A DNA stretch of 47,082 nt, the filler included, from Dimargaris cristalligena (Eukaryota): NCBI GenBank assembly GCA_003614675.1. It is 2 parts of 2 records of this genome, joined end to end, with 100 filler letters (N's around TTAATTAATTAA, not from the genome) between each part and the next. Parts side by side here need not be neighbours in the genome. Positions count along the whole stretch, not along the records: positions 23,597 to 47,082 come from ML002609.1; 1 more part is not named here. One strand, given 5' to 3'. The position numbers and the translations under genes were made by a program. The notes beneath the pieces were generated by a model, which saw nothing but the letters and a program-made list of their open reading frames with translations, had not been told where the DNA came from and searched no databases. Shown piece by piece: positions 38,187-47,082 of the stretch. The first letter of the stretch is position 1. Every line of letters begins with the position of its first letter.

Positions 38187-41006
38187 ATGCCCACTATGCT
38201 AGGCTCAAGTCCCCGAGCCCTAAGGCCGTTTTTGGCCACCGGCAAACACCTCATTCCCTCGCCACCCGTCGACACCCACCTATCCGCCGAGACCCACGAC
38301 ACCCTGAGTGTAGCCCCTGCGAATAGCAAAGGCGGCAGTGGGGAGGAGTCGTCGTCGTTTAGTCGCTCGGAGCGGAGTAGCGGGTTGCACCTCTCGGTGC
38401 TCTGTTCCTCGCCTGCCCTGCCACTTCTATCCCCCCCCCTAGACGGCCCAGAAATTGAACCCAACCGGGATAGTCGGGACCGACCAGCTGCGCCGCCACC
38501 CCTGTTTTCGGCAACTGCTTCTTGTTCTTTGTCCACCTCGGCCTCTCTTATTCCCCCCTCCTCCATTTCTTCCTCCTCCTCCTCCTTCATTTCCACATCC
38601 ACCACCTCTTCCGCCTCCTCCGCCCCGTCGTCAGCCCTGTCCCTCTCAAGGCCCAGGTCCAAGTCGTCACCTATGCACTCGTGGGAACGTCTCCTGGAGG
38701 CCCTGAATACAAGCGAGGCGCTGGACTGGCGGTCACTGGAGGCCAGCCTTCCTTCTGCACCCAAGCTGCCAGTCTTCCGTATTCGGTCAGCAACCTCTAA
38801 AATCCAAATTGAGCGCCCCGCCCAACTGTTCACGCTGCAGCCCCACTGGTGCACCGAAACTAACCTAGTGACCTTCCGGAAAGTGGCTGTCACCGCCTCG
38901 CCGAATACACAAAATACCCCCGCTGACGGTAACGACGCCACTAATAATGATGGAGGCCCCAACCACCATCATCGGGCCATTCCCAAACTTACGAGGGTAA
39001 GTCGAACCGGGAGCGAACCAGTTCCCGTATCCGTCGTTCATCCCCAGGTCTTGTATGCCGTTGAGCATCAAGGCGGAGGAGGTCAAGTGGGTGGCGGTCC
39101 CCACTGTATGCCAGGTGGACCGGAATTACCCATGGCCCATTTGGAGTTTTCCAGCCCCTGGGACGACCTGCCGCACCGGGTGGCCCTACGCTGTGCTAAC
39201 CCACCCTCACTGGCTTCGGCCGCCAAAAAGGCTACTGTGGTTCATCAGCAGCAACGCTCACCGCCCCGCCAACCTCTACCTCCCCTACCGGTCCAATCAT
39301 TATCGCCCTCACCATCACCATCATCACCATCGTCATCTATATTGCCGCTCGAATCATTGTCATTACCCGCATTATCGTCGTGGTCGCCCCCACTACCGGT
39401 TTCGTCAATACGGACCAATAGCGCAGTTGATTTATTGTTCCTCAGAACCCAATCAGACCCCTCGATTGCTCACGACGAGAATGAGGACGAGGGGGAAGAA
39501 GGGATATACTCCTCGTCGCTTCCCCAATCTGCCTTACGCCGAAGCATGGCTCGCGCTTCCCGACTTCATTCTTCACATAGGGCGAGAATACAACAGACCC
39601 GGTCATCCCGGGTTGGACCTGAGTCCCCCGAATGGTGGGTAGGCGACGGATATGATGCCAGCAGCTCGGTGAATGGCCCGACGGGGGCAATGGAACACGG
39701 CAGTGAGTACCATCGACTTGACATTGATGATAATATGTCGTACAATACTAAAATGGCGGCCAGTCTACCGTCCTTACATTTAATGTCGGTTCGATCCTCT
39801 CCCAAGGCTGCCCCGGCCCATGTCATGCCGTCGACCCCTTCCCCACAATTACCCCCCTTACCATTGGTTAATTCTGTCACGTACGGTCCCCGCACTTCGT
39901 CCCTGGTAGCCCGGACCCCATCACCCGGCCGGGGTCCCCTTCCTCCTCTGCCACGGCCCCATGCATCATCTTCTTCCCCCAATTCCCCATCCCGTTCTAC
40001 CACCCGGCGCTATAATCCGGTGGATTTAGAGCGACTGGAGGTCTCCCAAATGCGGCGGTCCGTACAGGTCAATGGTGATGGGGCCGAAGAAATTGCGGAT
40101 TTTCCCTCCCGGACCTCCTCATTGGCCTACAAGCCCAAAAATAGGTCCCTCGGCGATTTGGGTAAACTCTTCCTAGGCAGTAGTGGAAGCTCCTCGGAAT
40201 CGACCTCGCCCACCAGTAGTACGGGTTCCACTCCTTATTACGCCAATTATTCACCCACTCGAAATAGTAATCGGGAGGACCATTCCAGCCGGACCACTGG
40301 TGCACGACCTTATTCCGCGCGCTCGGCCCAGCCCTTATCACAGCCCGGTTGGCTCTCTTCGGAAGGGGAGAGTTCACCAACCGGTTCGGGGAATGCAGTA
40401 AGAAAAGCCGGACGGCCTCGCATGAATCCTGGAGTGCACCATCGGCCAAGCCATTCCGTTCCGAACAGTCGGCCCCATACCCCCACTATCCGGATCGAGA
40501 CGCCTCCAACGGCAAACCACCGCCAGCCGTCTCGGCGACACCACTCGGGCGTCAGGGGACCCCGTGGAGAAAGACAGCGGTCCGTTTCCGCCACCCAATT
40601 TGCCCTAGCCTCCACTTTGGCTGATTTAACGGGCGTATCCACCGCTACTAATGGCTCTGCGGTCCCCACCACTACTAGTCCGCCACCCTATTCACCTGCT
40701 ACTGCCCCCCACGCCCGGCATCACCACCACCTGGCTAACGGCGCCCTTAGCCTCGACAACATCTACGCCCAAAAACAGTTCCTCACCCAGCAATCGGTCA
40801 AAATTCTGTGTCCTAGATGTGAGGAGGCCATCGACACCATCGTTGTTCCCTCGTCGTCCCGGTTTCGGGCTAAACTCCGACCGGTCATTCAGAATCTAGC
40901 CTCCCACATGAGCTTTTGCGGGGGACCTTGGGCGCAATCTTGGATGAACAACGGGATTCACCAGTGTCCCCAGTGCTATCATGTCTTGGGCTTCATTATC
41001 CAATAA
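38187..41006 (+). CDS. Large Ser/Pro-rich protein (939 aa) with C-terminal LITAF-like zinc domain
   Basis: Single 2.8-kb ORF, first ATG at 38187. C-terminal CPRC-x48-CPQC with HxCPxC (SVKILCPRC...IHQCPQCYHVLG). PPPY at 40680-40691 and PSAP at 38751-38762. Confidence 0.8.
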   Translation: MPTMLGSSPRALRPFLATGKHLIPSPPVDTHLSAETHDTLSVAPANSKGGSGEESSSFSRSERSSGLHLSVLCSSPALPLLSPPLDGPEIEPNRDSRDRPAAPPPLFSATASCSLSTSASLIPPSSISSSSSSFISTSTTSSASSAPSSALSLSRPRSKSSPMHSWERLLEALNTSEALDWRSLEASLPSAPKLPVFRIRSATSKIQIERPAQLFTLQPHWCTETNLVTFRKVAVTASPNTQNTPADGNDATNNDGGPNHHHRAIPKLTRVSRTGSEPVPVSVVHPQVLYAVEHQGGGGQVGGGPHCMPGGPELPMAHLEFSSPWDDLPHRVALRCANPPSLASAAKKATVVHQQQRSPPRQPLPPLPVQSLSPSPSPSSPSSSILPLESLSLPALSSWSPPLPVSSIRTNSAVDLLFLRTQSDPSIAHDENEDEGEEGIYSSSLPQSALRRSMARASRLHSSHRARIQQTRSSRVGPESPEWWVGDGYDASSSVNGPTGAMEHGSEYHRLDIDDNMSYNTKMAASLPSLHLMSVRSSPKAAPAHVMPSTPSPQLPPLPLVNSVTYGPRTSSLVARTPSPGRGPLPPLPRPHASSSSPNSPSRSTTRRYNPVDLERLEVSQMRRSVQVNGDGAEEIADFPSRTSSLAYKPKNRSLGDLGKLFLGSSGSSSESTSPTSSTGSTPYYANYSPTRNSNREDHSSRTTGARPYSARSAQPLSQPGWLSSEGESSPTGSGNAVRKAGRPRMNPGVHHRPSHSVPNSRPHTPTIRIETPPTANHRQPSRRHHSGVRGPRGERQRSVSATQFALASTLADLTGVSTATNGSAVPTTTSPPPYSPATAPHARHHHHLANGALSLDNIYAQKQFLTQQSVKILCPRCEEAIDTIVVPSSSRFRAKLRPVIQNLASHMSFCGGPWAQSWMNNGIHQCPQCYHVLGFIIQ

Positions 41007-42055
41007 ACTGGAGGGGGTGCACTCACCTTGGTGGGATTGTCGGAGGGAATATAATAGTGGAAGGATAGAGCTATCTAACCATGTTTATATATATATATAT
41101 ATAACAAAGCGAATCCGGTGCCTTTGGTTTCTGGTTTCCAGTCGCCCTGCTCCCAAATTCCCATCACCAAACAATGCCATCCTATGAGAGAAACCACGTC
41201 CGTTTTAGGATGGATGTTGACGGCGGATATACGCGATAGGGTACTCCAGAACGGCCCATTCCTGTAGATTTTAGAGTGGAGGAGGGTATTTTCCAGGGCG
41301 AGGGTGGCAGTATTTATAGTTGCCACTGGGCTGGGAAAAGGGTTGAGGAGGGGGTAGATTTACTCTGTATACGCTTCATGCTTGTTATTAATATTGTGGA
41401 ATATGGTGGGTTGATGTCCTTCCCCCCTCCTGTTGTATTTTAGATTGGGATTTCATATGACCAGGCCACAGCCCATAGCCCGACTTCCAATGAATAAATG
41501 TAAATGTGAAATTCGTTTCTTTGGATATAGATTAGGCGCACCCTGGTATTTATTGTTGTTTACTGGGAAACATCAACGTTACTTGTCTACTCGGTCAATA
41601 GCGGACTACCCAGTATGGAAGATCATATAGAGGTATTATATGTCCAGTTTTCTAAATGGGTTGTGGGAAAGGAGGTGACTAAATAAGGGATGCAATTTGC
41701 CACACCCCCCGTTGAATGGTCTAACTTTGGTGCCAGGGTTACTTACCGTTCTATTGAAGAGCTGACCCCCTAAAAAATTTCCTTAAAGTGGTCGGATTTT
41801 CCCCCATACAGTACATACCAAATTGTTTTTTGGGATTTATTGCGACGTCATTGGGAGTGGGATAACCGGACCAGTAACATACGTGTGATCAAAAGCCATC
41901 CCGGACAATTTGGGTGTTATTTATATTTTATTATTGCAACACAGGCTGAATAATAAAACCTCTGGTACACAATGGCTTACGGACGGCAGCGGCCGAGCTG
42001 ATGAGATGCATCGGGCCTAAAGAATACATATATGTAGGGTCGGACCCATTCCCTG

Positions 42056-42063
42056 TATAAAAG
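42056..42063 (+). promoter_or_regulatory. TATA box without an evident downstream protein gene
   Basis: CATTCCC-N2-TATAAAAGGCC, the same signature as upstream of the chitinase (CATTCCC-N5-TATAAAAGGCC). Confidence 0.3.
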
Positions 42064-42626
42064 GCCTGTGAATCAGTTGGACTAGGGATGAGGAGCTGCT
42101 AAAAAGAGCTAACTTAGATAATTATATATATATATATTTCGAGGTAGTAGGCGTGTCGTCCATCAACAAAACCCTTCCTTGGTAGTAAGTAGTGTGTGAT
42201 CAACCAACCGGTTGAGTGATTTTTGCCAATTTGGCTGGTGTAGTGGTGGAAATGTCGGGCAGGGCTATATATATTGGATATGACCTAAACAGTGGAAACT
42301 TACACACACACATAAAGAGGGGGGTTGGATTAATTATTTTAACGATGCGTGTGGGTGGGTGGTGTGTATGTATATATGAGGGAAGGGGATACATCCAATA
42401 GAAGATTCTTTTTAGAATCTATGGAAGGAGGAATCCAAATCCATCCTATCGCCATCCCGTCAATTGTGGGGGGCACTGTTAAAGGTAAAGGGTCATTATT
42501 ACTGGTATATACAGGGCATGCTTGCGGCGATTCCAGTGAACTGACGGCCGCGGCCGTTTTATCCATTTGCGTGGTAAAATGGGATATACTCGAGGAAATA
42601 GGAGGGCCATGTCGGCTGGACCCCCT

Positions 42627-42654
42627 CCTCTCTCTCTCTCTCTCTCTCTCTCTC
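42627..42654. repeat. (CT)n microsatellite
   Basis: Run of CTCTCT... directly visible. Confidence 0.9.
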
Positions 42655-42958
42655 CTTCTCTCACTAACCCTCGCGTGAATTCACTGTCCGTTTCGGAGTA
42701 TTAGACTAAACTCCACAAGGGGGCAGCTTCAAAAACACAATAAATAGGACAACCCTTTCCTGCGAGAACATTCTATTCACATTTTTCTATATACGTATAT
42801 CTATTTCCGCACGGTTTGGTTTTTTTAGAGATATAGACATTTCGGACTTCTATCTATTCTATTACTGAATTATCGATTGTTGCGAGGTCCCACTTCAAAC
42901 ACCCCCCCCAACTCTCTTTTCTTCCAAACCTACTTTAATTTAGGGCGTATTATACTCC

Positions 42959-43117
42959 CCAATTTCCATGGTCGTTTGCGCCGCGGTCTCCGCCTAAAAA
43001 GAGGGTAAGCACCCGTAAGCCGAGAGTAGGGCCCTCGTCTCGTCATACCGAAGGGTCCTAAACGCCTTCGTCGGACGTTGTACGAGCGGACTTGGGCGAG
43101 TTTCTAGACGGAAATGG
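42959..43117 (+). ncRNA. Candidate structured RNA domain (unidentified)
   Basis: Nested helices ATTTCC/GGAAAT, CGCCTAA/TTGGGCG, GGGT/ACCC, TAGGGCCCT/AGGGTCCTA and AACG/CGTT. The mismatches read as G.U only on the + strand. Confidence 0.35.
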
Positions 43118-43426
43118 TCCAACCTTCCCAACCCGCATTAGTTATAGTCTCCTTAAGGCCCCCCCACACACACATATACACACATTCCGGTTGTTTTACC
43201 CGCCCCTGTGCCGGAGTGGGTTACACCACACAATTCTTGGCTATACACATGTATCTTAGTTGGCCTATTAGTAATCGCTGACTATAGAGTGGCCTCACTT
43301 CCCCTTCCCTATCTAACTAACTCTCTCTACCGCATTGGTCTCATTTTAACCTTGCCCCCCCTGATTCCCTCTGCTGCTTGCATTTCCGGAACCTACTGAC
43401 TCCTCCCCCCTTCACCCGTATTCGGC

Positions 43427-44639
43427 ATGCTTGGCTTTCGTTCCGCTATAAACCATTCGTTTCCCAGTTTATCTTACCGTTTATTTGCTGCTCCCAGTCC
43501 TCGGCTCATTCCACAAACCACTGTTCCAGCCCGTCGGCTCATTCACACTACCCGCTCGCAAGGTTAGTTGACCTCCCCCTTTTTACATGGGCCCGCCCAG
43601 GTTCTAATGCATATAATTATGTATCCACCATTGTGCGCATGCCCTTTTTGCTATTACTTAATCCATTATACTATTTCCCTTATCCATTGCCATCAGATAT
43701 GCGCGTCATACCCATTCCCGTCCTACAGGATAACTACTCATACCTCATCATCGACGATGTTAAGCATGAAGGTAAGTGCCATTCCAAGAATCCATACCTA
43801 TCCGATAAAATCCGGCCCAGAGATAAGCCGGTGACCTAAAAGAGTACCTTATAATATGCATCCGAGTCCCGGAATCCAACTAACCGGTTCTTCACGCTCA
43901 TTGGTCACCACGCCTTTATCCCTCCCCCCATACTCTTCCACTACCAGCCGCTATTGTTGATCCCGTCGAGCCGGGCAAAATCATGCCTCTTGTCGTCCAA
44001 AGCGGGTGCAAATTAACCAGCATTTTAACCACCCACCACCACGCCGACCATTCCGGAGGGAATGCCCAGATGGTCGCTCTTAAAAACGGCCTGGTGGTGT
44101 ACGGTGCGGACGCCCGCATTCCGGAACTCAACTACGTCGTTAAGAACGGCGAAGAATTCAACATCGGCACCTTGACCGTCCGACCCCTCCTAACGCCTGG
44201 CCATACCAAAGGGAGTGTCAGCTACTACATTACCGATCCCCAGCAGCCCCAAAAAGCCGTCTTCACCGGGGATACGTTATTCGTGGGGGGCTGCGGCAAG
44301 TTCTTTGAAGGGACCGGCGAGGACATGTACCTTTCCCTCATTGAAATCATCGGTTCCCTCCCCCCGGACACCCTGGTCTACTGCGGCCACGAATACACCC
44401 ACACTAACTTAAAATTCGCCCACACCGTCGATCCCCAGAATGGGCACTTACAGCAAAAATGGATCCAAATTAACCAACACCCCGGTATTACCGTGCCCAG
44501 TGTTCTGGGGGAGGAATTATTGTACAATCCCTTTATGCGGGTGATGGATCCGGTGATCCAAGCTGCGACAGGTCAGACGGAACCAACTCGAGTGATGCAG
44601 GCTTTGCGGGATTTGAAGGATCGCTACCGACCAACCTAA
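43427..44639 (+). CDS. GLO2: Hydroxyacylglutathione hydrolase (glyoxalase II), 300 aa with mitochondrial presequence, 3 exons: 43427-43562, 43697-43771, 43948-44639; internal ATG 43699 gives a 254-aa form
   Basis: MRVIPIPVLQDNYSYLI, metallo-beta-lactamase THHHADHSGGN, TPGHTKG, FTGDTLFVGGCGKFFEG, YCGHEYT and NPFMR. Confidence 0.96.
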
Positions 44640-44932
44640 ACCGCCTATATATATATACACTTATTACAATACTACCCACTGCCTTGTTATCTTCATCGTT
44701 TCGCACCTTTTACATTTTATTATTTTTTTAGGGGGGGGGGCTCATTGGTATTTTCTCTGAAACCAGCCCATTGGCCCTTCTGGAACCTGATTATTAAATG
44801 CACAGATTGCACAACCACATTACGCATGTTTTATATCGGGTGCGTCGACGGATTGGTATTGTCGCCAGCCTAAAATACGTCACAAATATCCTACATAAAG
44901 GCGTTGTCAGGATTTTATTATTTAAGAGTGGA

Positions 44933-45106
44933 TTGGCGTCGATCCCCAGTGGTCCAGTGTAGTTGAGTCGGTCAAGAGGTTGGGTTAATAGGGATCCGCA
45001 TCAAGAGATCGGAACACTCGTCAGGTCGTCGGGGGTCGAGGGCGTCAACGGTATCACGGTTTGCAAACCAGGCATAACCCAAAACACATAAGATACCGAC
45101 CTTTTT
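44933..45106 (+). ncRNA. Candidate pseudoknotted non-coding RNA of about 170 nt (unidentified)
   Basis: 15-bp stem 44933-44947/45031-45048 with three G.U pairs; adjacent 7-bp stem 45049-45055/45092-45098; 8-bp cross-pairing 44980-44987/45075-45082; ends at TTTTT. It is a GC-rich island between convergent genes. Confidence 0.4.
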
Positions 45107-45499
45107 CTATTAATTTACAAATAAATTTACTAAAATAAAGAATACACTATGGGGTAATCAGGGTTTATAATGGCAACTAATTATACCGTTATTCCCAGCT
45201 ACGGAGGTGAAAGCTGATGCTTCGTCTCGTCCCGCATATTTCAGCAATATCATAGGCTAATTAAAGCGTCATTAAAAAAATACACACTGGTCATTTGTAA
45301 TATCTTAGTCATAGAGGGCTATGTTCGAATATATATGATTCAAATAACGTCTTTATTTACTTGGATGAATGATCCAAGCAGAAAGGTAATTGACATCCAT
45401 AGGGCCCGTCCAAAGTAACACTCGAAGGGATTAGATACAGAACCAATCCCACACATACAATAATAGGACTGGAAAGGAAAGGAGGAGGGGAAGAGTAAG

Positions 45500-46805
45500 T
45501 TAAGCCTTCGTGATCTTGGACTCAATGTCCATGACACTGACTTCGTTGCCGGCCTAAAGTTCGGTGGATCGGATTGTATTGAAGGAAGAATTTAGACAAT
45601 GGTGATACACAAATAGGAGTACGGTTAGAAAGTGAGAAAAAACGCTTTGTCAATAACGAGGTCCGGGGTAGGCAAGGGAGTATATAAAGTTGCCCCTATA
45701 AACATCATACCTTCTCGTCGTAGTCGGCCCACATTTCATCGGACAGGTCAATTTCGTCGAACACTGTTCCGGATTCGGTACCTTTGGCTTTCCAGGCACC
45801 CTAAATTTAAAAGAAGGTGTCATGAAAAAAAAGGCAATAATTAACCCAGCGGTTTGGAGCAGAAGGGTTTGAGTTATAGGCATGTTAGGCATTGGAATCA
45901 CTTAATTGAGTGACAGTAACAACCGAGTACAGTGGTTTTATACCGTCAAATGCGACAGTATACTAATTGTAAAAGTAGGCACTAACCATGGGGGCGAATT
46001 CAACGGGTTCGATACCCCGGCACTCCAAGACGGCAATCGGAGCAAACTGGCCGCTACTTTCGGCGGTATAGGGTTTAAGGGAGCTGGACTCGAAGCCTTA
46101 TAAGAGACGGAGGTGCGGTAACCATAGAAAACACCATATATATATATATATATATATAAATGGGCGCAATACAGTACAAAAATTAGATAGCTGCGACCAA
46201 ATGCCAAACAAACCTAGTGGAGGGCCATCCGGCGGCCTAAGGACCGCAAATAAAAAGACGAGACCATTGCCATGGGCCCGTGGTGGTACAAAAAGGTAAA
46301 GGGGTAAAGAGGACTCTATAACCCTATGAAACAACTTACCGGCTGAACCCTCCCGCTTACAGAACTTGCATTTCATGACCAAATTGGCCTCGCCGCGACT
46401 GCCCGACATGGGGGTGGTCTCGATCCGGTTAATCGTGATGAAATTGTCGCTTACTTCATGGCAGCTGTTACATTTAATCTAAGAAGGCGGCGGCCAGGAG
46501 AGGTCGGTCAATGAAAATAGGCATAGCAAGGCAATGAGGAGGGGGCGGGCGAACGAAGAACCCATTTGGGCTAAACTCGGATGGGTGGTGACGCTAGAGC
46601 CGCTAGGTACTTCACCCATGCGCGATATAACGGTACATGTGTCCCCCCTTGGGAAAGGCGTGGGGCCCTCACGCCATGGCGTTGTGGAGGACCATTTCTC
46701 AATAGTGGACCTTACTTTGAAATGGTAGTCGAAGTGTTCGTCTTCGGGCTGCAGGTCGGTGACATTGACCAAGTCGGCCTTCAGTGACAGTTGGAGTTTA
46801 ACCAT
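45500..46805 (-). CDS. CZIB: CXXC-motif zinc-binding protein (DUF866/UPF0587, C1orf123/CZIB family), 160 aa, 5 exons: 46805-46716, 46478-46340, 46096-45987, 45800-45711, 45553-45500
   Basis: MVKLQLSLKADLVNVTDLQP...HFK/IKCNSCHE...GSRGEANLVMKCKFCKRE...LECRGIEPVEF...SGTVFDEIDLSDEMWADYDEK/AGNEVSV, with two CxxC motifs. Confidence 0.95.
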
Positions 46806-47082
46806 GTTAACGGGAAAAGTGTATAGGGTGAAAGTGAGGAAAGGAAGCAGGACACATAACTAACTCAAGTCCGACAACTGTCTTATGGGCCCAGTCTCAA
46901 GTAATTCAATGGGATATCTGTGAAAGTATTTTTCTGGTTCCGCGGGAGATTTCACTTGAAAAAAATTGCTGGGTAGCTTTATTCAAAAGTATAATCCATA
47001 ATCAAGATTTTATGCAATTAGAAATTAAGAAATTAGTTAGCGACATAATCAGTGGGCTTGGGGGGCTTGCCCGCTTGGTAGG

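Noticed and set aside
38159-38962. 267-aa antisense ORF, and the many similar shadow ORFs over ADP1, SCO1 and the chitinase
   Set aside because: These are antisense shadows of GC-rich coding sequence with no independent motifs.
3795-41006. Apparent cluster of endomembrane-trafficking genes (DCTN5, VPS17, EMP24, LITAF-like)
   Set aside because: The genes lie on two artificially joined contigs and are interspersed with unrelated genes.
42945-43135. RNase P RNA-like words on the minus strand (GGGAAGG, AGAAA, AGTATAAT)
   Set aside because: There is no CR-V able to form P4, and the helices contain A-C mismatches on that strand.
44941-45030. Loose resemblance to 5S rRNA (TGTAGTTGAGTCGGTCAAGAG)
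   Set aside because: 5S helix I, box C and the loop E AGUA motif are not present, and the alternative fold explains the sequence better.
46003-46028. tRNA T-arm-like GGGTTCGATACCC...CTCCA
   Set aside because: It is antisense to a CZIB coding exon (GIEPVEF), and no D-arm, anticodon arm or acceptor stem can be built.

Overview
This is eukaryotic, intron-containing fungal DNA: GT-AG introns of about 50-370 nt, CTAAC-type branch points and frequent (AT)n/(GA)n microsatellites. The gene content, notably a secreted GH19 chitinase, points to an early-diverging fungus such as a Zoopagomycota/Kickxellomycotina species; this is inference, not proof. The window is two separate contigs joined by an artificial 100-bp linker (N44-TTAATTAATTAA-N44, 23497-23596). 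The left contig holds a possible LTR remnant, a small secreted orphan protein, dynactin p25, a 4-TM MARVEL-like protein, GTP cyclohydrolase I, a Vps17-like PX-BAR protein, an 871-aa uncharacterised protein, the GH19 chitinase and a 3'-truncated MoaA/MOCS1A. The right contig holds a 5' fragment of a Cys-rich/Pro-rich protein gene, an ADP1-type EGF-ABCG transporter, SCO1, a p24/EMP24 protein, a 939-aa PSAP/PPxY/LITAF-domain protein, a dual-targeted glyoxalase II and a CZIB/DUF866 protein. Exon structures were reconstructed by hand and give open frames of expected size. The least explained signals are non-coding: two GC-rich, G.U-containing, apparently pseudoknotted structures flanking glyoxalase II (about 42960-43120 and 44930-45106), and an orphan TATA promoter upstream of the first. 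No CRISPR array, tRNA or rRNA gene could be supported.
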